Of a stretch of DNA of 40,974 nt, positions 28,201 through 36,299 are shown in pieces. Under the pieces are notes generated by a model. The model ran no database searches and was not told where the DNA came from. It worked only from the letters and a program-made list of their open reading frames with translations. The position numbers and the translations under genes were made by a program. This DNA is from a virus (Duplodnaviria; Caudoviricetes). The stretch spans positions 1 through 40,974 of the IMG/VR virus record IMGVR_UViG_3300025035_000602; one strand, written 5' to 3'. Position 1 is the stretch's first letter. Every line of letters starts with the position of its first letter.

Positions 28201-29850
28201 GAGTCGCTTAAGAGGATTAGCTTGAGTTCTAAGTGAAGTCTCGATTGCATCAGAAACGTTCATCACATCAAACTTAATTTGATTATTAAGTACCGCCTTG
28301 AAATTAACCCAAGGGTCTTTATTTTTACGAGCCCTTGCAAAAACAATACGTAGATTATCCACAATAACAGCTCTATGATTCACTCCAAGTTTCCCTGAGA
28401 GTCTCATGTTTATATTTGCAATGAACTCCTTATCACGTTCTAGAAGATCCCCAGATTCCTTCATAAGTCTTAAGTTGTTATTCAAAACTTCAGGTGCAGC
28501 TTGATAAACTCTAGCATCTTCGTACCGCTTGGTGATAGGATTGAAAATCATTTGATCTTCGCGAGGCGGGGCTTTTAAGACCCTGTTTTTCATCGCCTTC
28601 TTATTACCTATCAGAACACCTCTATAGTTTACAAGTGAGAGTACTCCACTTAACTCTCCAGCTTGAAGCTCGTAATATTTTGCCAAATTACTTGCTAACT
28701 CTGATGAACTTATAAGATCATCAGGTCTAGATGCGCCTAGCTGCAGAGAATCTAGCTTTTCCTTTGCTGTGCCAAATACTCTTACAGCGCGGTCTGGACT
28801 ATATTTCTGAGGTATTAGCCTTGCCAGATCCCTAATTCCTATAGATTTACCTTCAGGTGTAGTGAAAGAGCTAACTTCAATTTTACCGCTGCTGAAAGCA
28901 TCCACAGCAAGATCAGACCCTAGATGACGTAATTGAACATCCCTAGGTTGTCTCTTTAACCAATCGCTATAGGATTCCCTTCCGGGAGCTGCACCATCGT
29001 AGTATCTCTTTTGCTTGTCGGTAAGCTTCCCTAGATTACGCTTGCGTATATGTGCTAATCCTTCTGAGGTCTTGAGTGCGTCCCAAGATTTAAATATAGG
29101 AATTGACACAGATCTACAGCCCCAATGTGCAGGAGGCAAATATTGACGCTCTTTTAAAGAGTAGATCTTACCGTCCCTATGCTGGCAAATAGATGTGGTT
29201 CTAGAGTCAAGGATAGCCACATACTCCCAACCGCGCATTGCGTCAGCATTTGCTTCGTATACACTGAAATCCGCTTGAGCATATACAGAAGTGGTTGCTG
29301 TAGCAACGAGCGTCATGGCTTGATTACGGGATATGTTATGAATACGCCCTCTTCTGACATCTAAAGCCATTGCCTGCATTGTTTTACCTTCAGCAACACC
29401 TCTTCTAATCAATTGTTCTATTCGTTTACGCTCACTGAGAGCCACACCTTGCCAGCCATTAGCTAGCGTATTATTCTTATACAATGGATCTTTTAGTACA
29501 ATGTCCTCAGCTACTCTACGTAGAGGTCTTTGCGTGTTCCATATTCTTCCCACCTTACTTTCAATATTTTGATAAGTGAATGATATTTGATTGCTAGCTA
29601 AATCTAGAAGACTTCTACGAGCAATCTTATGTGTAGCGTCATATGTTTTTCTGAGCTGAATGTCCACAGCTCTTCTTAGTTTCTTGAGACCAGCATCAGA
29701 AGAATTTGCCTCTTCGATAAGCTTTGCAACTGATACTTTATGACCATCAAGGACTACCGACACTTTGTTACTAATACGTTTTTCGTATAGCTTAATCATT
29801 GCTGCTCTATCGACCGCACTGTCATAGAGCTCAGTGTTTAGGTTAGTCAT
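25222..29850 (-). CDS. MuF/SPP1-gp7 minor head protein fused to a T7-like single-subunit DNA-directed RNA polymerase (1542 aa)
   Basis: N-terminal GWEYVAILDSRTTSICQHRDGKIY...PPAHWGCRS (MuF). C-terminal DHRARVY, EQDASSSGAQ (motif A), KKAAKAGNMVQLYG (motif B), NGNHSNDA and IHDAF (motif C) match T7 RNAP DWRGRVY, FDGSCSGIQ, RSVTKRSVMTLAYG, NFVHSQDG and IHDSF in order. Confidence 0.92.
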   Translation of the reverse strand: MTNLNTELYDSAVDRAAMIKLYEKRISNKVSVVLDGHKVSVAKLIEEANSSDAGLKKLRRAVDIQLRKTYDATHKIARRSLLDLASNQISFTYQNIESKVGRIWNTQRPLRRVAEDIVLKDPLYKNNTLANGWQGVALSERKRIEQLIRRGVAEGKTMQAMALDVRRGRIHNISRNQAMTLVATATTSVYAQADFSVYEANADAMRGWEYVAILDSRTTSICQHRDGKIYSLKERQYLPPAHWGCRSVSIPIFKSWDALKTSEGLAHIRKRNLGKLTDKQKRYYDGAAPGRESYSDWLKRQPRDVQLRHLGSDLAVDAFSSGKIEVSSFTTPEGKSIGIRDLARLIPQKYSPDRAVRVFGTAKEKLDSLQLGASRPDDLISSSELASNLAKYYELQAGELSGVLSLVNYRGVLIGNKKAMKNRVLKAPPREDQMIFNPITKRYEDARVYQAAPEVLNNNLRLMKESGDLLERDKEFIANINMRLSGKLGVNHRAVIVDNLRIVFARARKNKDPWVNFKAVLNNQIKFDVMNVSDAIETSLRTQANPLKRLLINNYVDPVLGEVQLEDLAENLVKNIKAKNLWENRKAPKIARRLRSIFDYRIPLKLRRRLKEDDLQQFYLRFANRLALADSPDRDEFAVALGRDLYNMANFNGSRNQWYTLGLRLLEARKASEMFKLETFGVQKRRMKSKMSGAYFGPYYDTLSYNLRIVDPSVQNYAQLTRKVELGMRVGVISDKQRLLVREGFKTYFIREGPGIYYDTRIPVTSTSSFSTFPDSFITKDFADALNWAGESSYRIDGDFYDFIKNLLYFRDDKGKAQFFDDLNGYRAYLASRGDTYERFKAMEWLRNKGHAFSNHPFVDHRARVYERGLIGPQSGEAFRPFLNTAQEKILGVNGYKNLNDQIGAFLGGLSDTLEGRYNSLTVLGRQKIAEKYRGEMISIGNKMLRNKPQDIRDILTNKLVLEIDPEEQAKFFRFAIELAKIDRYLREVPSGTYDISRLNQYKTSLALEQDASSSGAQIIALTTRNKQLAGLSNVINTDQKRRLYDEIAADTFNDPRFKAINVKLGLSEKDLKKAAKAGNMVQLYGAGARTVALNVEGKLAKVLEKESDILVVKAADKNLVLDQISARAARYKKFDEETYDELIALRKDVKDVFDNGSVPGDDIMEALYFLDNNTREILDRMTRTYEKVVTPADFAKIAKIMSEHLAERVPILEQFTRYFGRLASDFLSNANPKNSAMDWKSIAKISLSGKRGRQYVLPDRVNELLGLPPKRPVSETFLKSIGLWKPNGNLADILLGVEAPKTRRTGAKYFKIELLQLKTLNEFELFFANKLPKTWTTVPWVNFEKKALEQSFTQTFQQRLTYRDKDGNWVVNMLNVPQRTEATWWEQIINKSGKIFDIADLTKARTAFAVNGNHSNDAVIVKKFHEWGRKVKIHTSTIHDAFFTNVGDMLEARRALKKIYAEALSVNVIEETLKEMLNRGFPKELYKKYREEAIKLGLIPVPGKSVVGGKLLTKEDILTIEDVLEEITDNFDNNYYWYGVG

Positions 29851-29859
29851 GGTTATTCC

Positions 29860-31398
29860 TTAAAGTTCGTCTGCGAAATCCGCTTCGGACACATTTGGTG
29901 CCGTAAGCCTGTCTCTTAAGATCTCCTGCATACCTTCCTTATCGTCATAATCGCCTTTTATCAGGTCATTCTCTTTAGCAATATCCAGCCATACACTTCG
30001 AGGTATCTTTCTATTTTCATACCACTCAGTAGCAAGCCGTAGCCAATCAGCACCTAGAGGCGTTGGGTTAAAGTCCCCTGAAAGTGTGAAATGAACGTCA
30101 CTAGGCTTTAAGTCTGACTTATCTTTCCAATTGATCATTGTGGCAATTATCTGACGCATCGTGTTACTAACTCTAAGATTAAGCGCGCCAATCTTAGCGT
30201 TCTGTACTGCGCTGCGAATCTCTAAAGCTACTCCAGATTGATTATTTTCAGGAGTTAACATACGGATACCCAGCTTAGCAATTTCTTCTATACTAGATCT
30301 AATCGTATTTTCCATGTCTGCTAAGGATTCGGTAGGAGTCTTTAAAGTGTCAACTTTGTCATCTTTTCCAACTAATAACCAAGACCCCAAGCCTCTGTTT
30401 ACAATCTTATCGAATTCAACCTCGCCCATGTCGCTGTGAACGACAGGCGTGTATGTCGATGCTCCGTATAGCAAATGGTTCCTTCTACTAAGTTTGTTGT
30501 ACAAAGCAATCTCTTTATCTACAAGTACAGAAATAGCAGGATTAATAGGGTTTATGAAACCATTTAGAGGCCAAGCTGGGATATAATCGAGACGCTCACC
30601 ATTCACCAAGTAGTTTTCATTTATAGACTTTAATTCAAAATTCCTAGCCTTGGTTTCTCTAGGAGGTTTTGTTTTACCGCCTTCTACAAGCTTTTCCTGA
30701 GAAGTCGACGACTCCTGATATGTGCGAATCCTGTATTCACCATTTTGATCAAGATCATGAACCCATACAGTTTCTATGTATTCTGGATGAAATTCACTTT
30801 TGGAAAAATCTTCCACGAATCCCTTGATGACAATCATTGTAAGAATTCTAGATCCATCTGCAGCCTTGCCTGTTCTCCAATTTATAATGGATTCTGCACG
30901 GTATAAAATAGGATAAGGCTTAATATCAACTTCAGCATCTTCATCAGTTACTACAGGAAGATCTAGATATACCCAAGCTCTACTTGTTTGAAACTCTTCA
31001 TCTAAAGCATCATCCAAGAAAGAGGCTAATGGCGTGCCATCTTCTGCAAATTCATTCAGGATCCAATTCAAGGTATCTTCATTATTTACCTTAGGTATAC
31101 TAAGGCTGGGCCCTTTTCTAAGTAGGCCGCCTACCATCATCTTAATGAATTCTGCAACAATACCAGGAAGCTCGGCTTCAGAACGGTATATTGCATATTG
31201 AGCGGGTGACATTGAAGTAGAAAAGGGTATAAGTAAGTTTGTCCAAAAGATAGCATCCAACACTACATCATGATTCTTAGCTGTCTGCTCTCCTCCACAG
31301 ATAGCGCGATTACGCCGCCAAACTCTACGTAACGAATCATACTCAGCATTAGGGTCTTCTACACGCTTTGTAGCGTCAACAGCGTTTATTACGGTCAT
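29860..31398 (-). CDS. portal protein (DUF4055-like)
   Basis: 512 aa directly upstream of MuF; PYPILYRAESIINW, RLDYIP and SGVALEI motifs typical of this portal group. Confidence 0.85.
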   Translation of the reverse strand: MTVINAVDATKRVEDPNAEYDSLRRVWRRNRAICGGEQTAKNHDVVLDAIFWTNLLIPFSTSMSPAQYAIYRSEAELPGIVAEFIKMMVGGLLRKGPSLSIPKVNNEDTLNWILNEFAEDGTPLASFLDDALDEEFQTSRAWVYLDLPVVTDEDAEVDIKPYPILYRAESIINWRTGKAADGSRILTMIVIKGFVEDFSKSEFHPEYIETVWVHDLDQNGEYRIRTYQESSTSQEKLVEGGKTKPPRETKARNFELKSINENYLVNGERLDYIPAWPLNGFINPINPAISVLVDKEIALYNKLSRRNHLLYGASTYTPVVHSDMGEVEFDKIVNRGLGSWLLVGKDDKVDTLKTPTESLADMENTIRSSIEEIAKLGIRMLTPENNQSGVALEIRSAVQNAKIGALNLRVSNTMRQIIATMINWKDKSDLKPSDVHFTLSGDFNPTPLGADWLRLATEWYENRKIPRSVWLDIAKENDLIKGDYDDKEGMQEILRDRLTAPNVSEADFADEL

Positions 31399-31400
31399 GA

Positions 31401-31685
31401 CTAGCCTCTCAGGATGTCATTCAGACCCTTGATAGATCCTTTGTAAACTCTGCCGGTGAGGTTGTTTCTAGCTTCAATCTCAGAACCGCCAGCCATTGGT
31501 AAGATGGTCCAAGCACTAGGGACCCTATCGCCAGGTGTGGACGCTGCAGGAGCTGGCGCAAGCTCCGTCAGGTTGGTAGCAGAGGCGATCGCCTTGGGCG
31601 TTTCTGCCGGATCCTTGGGTTCCGCCATGGGTTTTTCCGGGGCTACACTCGGAGCCGCTGGGGTGCTACTTGCGTTCTTGCTCAT
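31401..31685 (-). CDS. hypothetical protein with Pro/Ala-rich N-terminus
   Basis: Likely start MSKNASS at 31685 with an AAGGAA SD; C-terminal small domain. Confidence 0.65.
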   Translation of the reverse strand: MSKNASSTPAAPSVAPEKPMAEPKDPAETPKAIASATNLTELAPAPAASTPGDRVPSAWTILPMAGGSEIEARNNLTGRVYKGSIKGLNDILRG

Positions 31686-31701
31686 TTTAGGATTCCTTTT
31701 G

Positions 31702-32079
31702 TTATTTAGAGATGCCAGTCCAACAGACTTCTTGGTCGTGTACTGGCGAATTATCCACATGGATGTGCTTATTGTAAATACCCACTCGAGTAAAACCACA
31801 CATGGTTAGTGCGCTAAGCATGTAAAAGCGATCTCTATTATTTTTAACACGAATATCAACAGCATGTCCCGTGGCATGCGAACTTCCTCGTTGACCTTTC
31901 TTCAAATTGGGATTAAGAGGACGTATCGCACTGGTTATCACAAAGGGAACATCAACACCTGCCATTGATGTGGCAAGCGCCCTTGCATTGTCCAGTCTTC
32001 TCACGAGATCCTCATCAGGCTCTACCGTTGAAGTAGGGTTAAAATCGTCTCTTTTGAAGTATTTCACCTTATCCCACAT
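31702..32079 (-). CDS. endolysin, peptidase M15A family (Zn D-Ala-D-Ala peptidase fold)
   Basis: VITSAIR...SSHATGHAVDI...GFTRVGIYNKHIHVD; start MWDKV at 32079 with a GGAGGT SD. Confidence 0.85.
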   Translation of the reverse strand: MWDKVKYFKRDDFNPTSTVEPDEDLVRRLDNARALATSMAGVDVPFVITSAIRPLNPNLKKGQRGSSHATGHAVDIRVKNNRDRFYMLSALTMCGFTRVGIYNKHIHVDNSPVHDQEVCWTGISK

Positions 32080-32554
32080 CGATTCTACCTCCAAATACCC
32101 AGCCCATAAGTGCTCCGAACAATAGCATAACAAAGCCCGAGACCAGCTTTTCAAGCATCAAGCGTGAGTGGCTGTTAAGCGCCGCTCCTGGCTCTATAAC
32201 ACTAATCTTTTCACATACTATTGCATGATCAGTAATACGCGTCATAGTTTCATTACGCAGCAATTCTCGAGTTTCACCGTCACGTTTTTCTAAGAAGTCT
32301 ATTCTTACAGCATGCTGGTGAATTATCTTCAATTCTTGTCTTATTTCACTAAGCACTAATTCTAAGTTGTTATGTGTAATCGAGATGCTCTCTACACGTC
32401 CTTCAAGACGCGCTAGGCGCTCTTCTTGAGTCATGGACATAGCATCTTCATCCTCTCGTTGTGCGTCAAAAGCGCTTTCGTTAATTCCAGACAACATTCC
32501 ATTAGTGGATCTACTTGTTCCATCCGCCATTCGAATTTCTCCACCCATAGGCAT
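32069..32554 (-). CDS. coiled-coil protein with C-terminal TM helix (holin/XhlA-like lysis accessory)
   Basis: EERLARLEGRV coiled coil, C-terminal LVSGFVMLLFGALMGWVFG; in the lysis cluster; true start uncertain (32530 or 32440 possible). Confidence 0.55.
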   Translation of the reverse strand: MPMGGEIRMADGTSRSTNGMLSGINESAFDAQREDEDAMSMTQEERLARLEGRVESISITHNNLELVLSEIRQELKIIHQHAVRIDFLEKRDGETRELLRNETMTRITDHAIVCEKISVIEPGAALNSHSRLMLEKLVSGFVMLLFGALMGWVFGGRIDVG

Positions 32555-32652
32555 TCTCTACTTATTACGATAGTCTGTGGAGGACTTGCGCAACCTGTCA
32601 CGCAGAGACTCAAGACTATTAGTACTATCAGCGACACGCTTTTCAATCTCAT
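32431..32652 (-). CDS. o-spanin-like lipoprotein (Rz1 analogue)
   Basis: MRLKSVSLIVLIVLSLCVTGC signal peptide with lipobox; GAGGA SD; starts inside the i-spanin gene in another frame. Confidence 0.7.
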   Translation of the reverse strand: MRLKSVSLIVLIVLSLCVTGCASPPQTIVISRECLWVEKFEWRMEQVDPLMECCLELTKALLTHNERMKMLCP

Positions 32653-32854
32653 CAGCTTGGTCCTCAATTCTTTTGATTTGCTCGTTTGTTTCCTGTTCAA
32701 TTCGAGTACGCTCGATGACAGCCCCCTTTTTTTCTCCACGTTTTTCAGCAGAGTTAACTTTAAGTTTTACACCAAGGATCGCTAGAACGCCTGTAATCAA
32801 AACACCTAGCGCGACTAGCAATTCCTTGCTTAATAGACCTAAGATCATTTCCAT
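32558..32854 (-). CDS. i-spanin-like protein (Rz analogue)
   Basis: N-terminal TM segment followed by a charged coiled coil; overlapped by a lipoprotein gene. Confidence 0.7.
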   Translation of the reverse strand: MEMILGLLSKELLVALGVLITGVLAILGVKLKVNSAEKRGEKKGAVIERTRIEQETNEQIKRIEDQADEIEKRVADSTNSLESLRDRLRKSSTDYRNK

Positions 32855-32858
32855 GAGA

Positions 32859-33095
32859 TCACCTAAAAAGTTTAGCCAAGCTGATGTCTTCTATAGTAGC
32901 CCATCCAGCATAAGTGAATACAGTAGCTACAGCAGTACCGTAACCCCATACTAAAGCAGTACTGTGGAGATTACTATCAGGGTCTCCAAACAGTATAACA
33001 TACATGACAGTTAATCCTGCGAAGATTAAAAGACCGAAAATAGTAAGTCTCCTAAGCTTCCAGGAAGGTTTGTCCATTTTAAATTCTTCGATCAT
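32859..33095 (-). CDS. putative holin (two TM helices, 78 aa)
   Basis: LTIFGLLIFAGLTVMYVILFG and ALVWGYGTAVATVFTYAGW; AGGAG SD; heads the lysis cluster. Confidence 0.6.
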   Translation of the reverse strand: MIEEFKMDKPSWKLRRLTIFGLLIFAGLTVMYVILFGDPDSNLHSTALVWGYGTAVATVFTYAGWATIEDISLAKLFR

Positions 33096-33401
33096 ACATG
33101 CTCCTAAGCGAGCTTTTCTAAAGCTCTGGTTGAAGTTTCTGAACCGTCAAACAGATTGACATTAAAAGTACCACCAGCAATGGAAGCTGTTCCTATAGTC
33201 TAAATCTCGATATCAGACTTCACACAGAATTGACCGCCTTTAATAGCATGTACTGTAAGTCTGTCTAAATAACCTCTAAGCATATACCAGACCTGTCGGC
33301 CTTGCCTTCAAAATTTAATTCACGATATCCATCAATTTTTCTCTATTCACTCTAATTTCCTTTTCTAAAGCCAAAACGCTTTCAATGCTCTAAGCAGATC
33401 C

Positions 33402-34124
33402 TCAAGGTAACGCTTCTCTTCTCATAGGGCGGACATATAAAATTTGAGTTAGAGACGTATTGAGGGATTGCCGCATTGCTACGAAGTTTACATTAAGGTT
33501 CTGTGAATAAGTATAATCACCTGTTGAACTTCTACTCGAAGACCAGTATGAATTCTGATTCAGCGCCTCCGCACCGTCTGGCATACGGAAAATAAGCACG
33601 TCAGTTTGACCAGGGATAGTTTCAGAGCGTGATGTGTCAGGCCTTGCAGGAATTGAATGTTCATTAGGAAACCAGCCCGTATTATTATTGGAAAGTGTTG
33701 ACGGTTTCAAGTTCCAAAACAAAATATCCAACTCATTCCGAGAGGGAACGTACCAGTCTGAATAACCGCCGTACGCTATATTATTCAAATTTTCTTGAAC
33801 CCAAAGCGCTTGCGGCTGCGGGATGCTATCCGCTAGAGTTTCAGCATGATTAAGTGCTCCATCAAACGTGCTCACTGATACGCCTGCAGTTGCAACGACT
33901 TGTTGCATAGCCGGTGACTGTGCGGCCAACGGAGATATGATTAGTACATGAGTAGGCACACCATTAGCAGTGTGACTTATGTAACCGCCTATATAGCCTC
34001 CGTTGTACGGTGAACCAATACTAAGAATATTGCCACCAGAAACGTTTGGCGACCCCTTACGCATTACATTTAAACTTCTAGTAGGATCATCTACAATAGA
34101 TCGGCTGAGACTTCTAGAAATCAT
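33402..34124 (-). CDS. DUF1566/Lcl-type (C-type lectin fold) putative adhesin
   Basis: IGSPYNGGYIGG, GGYSDWYVPSRNEL, YWSSS and terminal VRPMRR motifs. Confidence 0.7.
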   Translation of the reverse strand: MISRSLSRSIVDDPTRSLNVMRKGSPNVSGGNILSIGSPYNGGYIGGYISHTANGVPTHVLIISPLAAQSPAMQQVVATAGVSVSTFDGALNHAETLADSIPQPQALWVQENLNNIAYGGYSDWYVPSRNELDILFWNLKPSTLSNNNTGWFPNEHSIPARPDTSRSETIPGQTDVLIFRMPDGAEALNQNSYWSSSRSSTGDYTYSQNLNVNFVAMRQSLNTSLTQILYVRPMRREALP

Positions 34125-34429
34125 TACATGACCCCTACTTCCGCATTTGTAGCGACAGTGACCCCGGTGATCTCAGCCGAAATGTATATTACCGTCCTTG
34201 AACTGAGACTAACAGTACCTGTCAATTGAACAATTTCTTTAGTATCTTCAGCATGGATAGCTACAACAAGCTCTCTGCTATCTCCTCGCCGGATCTTGAA
34301 GGTGACAGTGGCGCCCCCGAGACCGTCAGAGTATAGAAGCAATTCAGCTGGTAAACTAGGAACATTTATGGCTACTTCCGCTGATGATCCATTCACAGTT
34401 GTATTAGAAAATAGTTTGATCACTCGCAT
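34124..34429 (-). CDS. hypothetical beta-rich protein (possible virion accessory)
   Basis: 101 aa, translationally coupled on both sides. Confidence 0.6.
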   Translation of the reverse strand: MRVIKLFSNTTVNGSSAEVAINVPSLPAELLLYSDGLGGATVTFKIRRGDSRELVVAIHAEDTKEIVQLTGTVSLSSRTVIYISAEITGVTVATNAEVGVM

Positions 34430-34745
34430 CCTCCAAGATCTTTGCCTTGATATAGTGTATCAAGTCAGGGTTAGAAATGAACACATCGACTAGTTGGTTA
34501 GCTAGCACAGATACTACTAATTCTTCTCTCTTCAAAGGTAAACACCCGACACTAACACAAGCATGTAGGATCTCATGCAGCAGTGTGTTAAGTTCATCTG
34601 AAGTTCCACTTCTGTAAATACCAATCACATTTTTGTTATTATTTACATATCCAAGGTTTCCAGACAGTTCAGATTCTGACTCTGACAGTTCTCGTACCGT
34701 GTAGGTTTTGTATCCGACTTTTAATTTTATTGGTAAATCTGCCAT
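34404..34745 (-). CDS. small HExxH zinc metallopeptidase-like protein
   Basis: NTLLHEILHA with downstream EELVV; start MADLPIK at 34745. Confidence 0.65.
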   Translation of the reverse strand: MADLPIKLKVGYKTYTVRELSESESELSGNLGYVNNNKNVIGIYRSGTSDELNTLLHEILHACVSVGCLPLKREELVVSVLANQLVDVFISNPDLIHYIKAKILEDASDQTIF

Positions 34746-34746
34746 G

Positions 34747-35433
34747 TTATTTCCCTTCAGCCTTTGCGGGTACAACGACCATCATTCCGGAAGCAAGCGT
34801 GGCCGTAGCCCAGGAGACTGTAGCATCTAGACTTGCGTTAGCTGTCCCATGAAGTTGATGCCAAGCATTTAAATACCACGACCACATCGCCACTTGCGAA
34901 TCGAAGCCATTGTTTACGCTAGGAGCGTTGGTATTACGCTTAGAATGATACAAGAAGCTGGCGGAACCAGCAGGTGCATTAAGGGTAGCAGCAGGTACTA
35001 CCTGAGAGTTTACAGATTGTTGTGTACGGCTGCCTGCAATTATACCAACACGATTGGCATTAGCTAATCTATAGCCTCTTATATACATTAAGCCATTACC
35101 GGTAGAGTTATACGAGAAAGTGTAACTAGAGGGCTCATAATTCCCCGCAAGTTTGGAATAGATGCGACCTGTACAATACGGATAATTGTACACATTGGAC
35201 ATGTTGCTGGTCAAGTGTGTAGTCAAACCTGCAGGCGGTGTTTCAGATGCTAGCGAATTCTGATGAGATCTATAGTACAGAAATAGTAGAACCTCACCTG
35301 CACTAGGGGCTGCTGAGAACGTTACAGTAGCCGTCTTTGTAAAAAGAGATGTCAAAGATCTAAGCCCACTAGCGCCTTGTATAACTTCGACTGCAGGAAC
35401 ACCGCTAGGACTACCATGCATCATAAGCATCAT
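34747..35433 (-). CDS. putative fibre/receptor-binding beta-sandwich protein
   Basis: Ser/Thr/Ala-rich; TVTFSAAPSAGEVLL...PPAGLT...YSKLAG.EPSSYTFS pattern; start MMLMM at 35433 overlaps the upstream stop (ATGA). Confidence 0.55.
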   Translation of the reverse strand: MMLMMHGSPSGVPAVEVIQGASGLRSLTSLFTKTATVTFSAAPSAGEVLLFLYYRSHQNSLASETPPAGLTTHLTSNMSNVYNYPYCTGRIYSKLAGNYEPSSYTFSYNSTGNGLMYIRGYRLANANRVGIIAGSRTQQSVNSQVVPAATLNAPAGSASFLYHSKRNTNAPSVNNGFDSQVAMWSWYLNAWHQLHGTANASLDATVSWATATLASGMMVVVPAKAEGK

Positions 35434-36299
35434 GTGGTTAGATCTCCTGTAACCATCCAGACATTTGCGGCCAGACAAGCTGCAGTAGCCATTGTCTTGT
35501 TAGTTTTAATAGCAGGATGCTCACCTTGGGAACTGATAATTGTCTGATTTGTCCCTTGAGAGAATTCCACGGTACCCGTACTATTACGTGCTACTGCTAC
35601 TTGTGTGCCTACACTCGAAGCGTCTAAGCGAAATGTTCTGGTGGAACCAAGGGCGGGTGTTGCATAGAAGATTTTTCCAGTATCTGTAGTACCAACTGCA
35701 GTAGTACCACTTGTTGAACCCACGTTGGTAACACTTGCTGTAGCCGGCATGAATTCACTGGCCTGAATACCATCTAATGTATCTGCATCGAGTCCATTAC
35801 CTGGTCCTTCATCAGCAACCGTCAAGATCCTGTCAGAAAAAACTTTTGCTACACCGCCAGCAGGTGATAGTTCGATATCACCGTTGAGCGTGGCTATGGT
35901 AGCTCCCGCATAGCCGCCTAAGTATACTGTCGAATTGGCGTGGTTGAAAGCTGCAACCTGGAAGCTCATTGCATTACTACCTCCAGTAAATACTCCTGGA
36001 GATCCAACACCGGCATCAATATCTACACGACTACTGGAGAGAGCGCTCTCATAGACCCTGAATAGCCCGTTACATCGAAGGTCCGTATTGAACGTCCACA
36101 GGCCTGTGATGAGTTCTGGCGCTGATGCACTTAGGCTTTCACCGCCAGGGCCAACATCTTCATACGTAGTAGTGCTGGTCCCAACAGATAGAACGTTTTC
36201 ATCCGTGATTAAGTAAAGCTCACCCAACTTCAACCAACCAATAGAAGCAGCAGAATTTAATTGTGCACGTGTACCACGCTTTACTTGTATAGTAGCCAT
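35430..36299 (-). CDS. fibre protein with Mtd/hyaluronidase-like N-terminal attachment motif
   Basis: IQVKRGT...LKLGELYLITD; GNGLDADTLDG fibre motif; C-terminal WMVTGDL. Confidence 0.65.
   Translation of the reverse strand: MATIQVKRGTRAQLNSAASIGWLKLGELYLITDENVLSVGTSTTTYEDVGPGGESLSASAPELITGLWTFNTDLRCNGLFRVYESALSSSRVDIDAGVGSPGVFTGGSNAMSFQVAAFNHANSTVYLGGYAGATIATLNGDIELSPAGGVAKVFSDRILTVADEGPGNGLDADTLDGIQASEFMPATASVTNVGSTSGTTAVGTTDTGKIFYATPALGSTRTFRLDASSVGTQVAVARNSTGTVEFSQGTNQTIISSQGEHPAIKTNKTMATAACLAANVWMVTGDLTT

Noticed and set aside
25817-28315. Two plus-strand AAATTAACCCAAGG matches to the promoter core inside the RNAP gene (~25820, ~28301)
   Set aside because: Both encode PWVNF in the RNAP frame and lack the flanking GAGTT and TWTAYGAT; protein coding explains them.
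25222-29850. Family A DNA polymerase, intein or MuF toxin interpretation
   Set aside because: The motif set DxRxRxY, DASSSGAQ, NxxHSxD and IHDAF is RNAP-type; no intein terminal motifs seen; no adjacent immunity-like gene.
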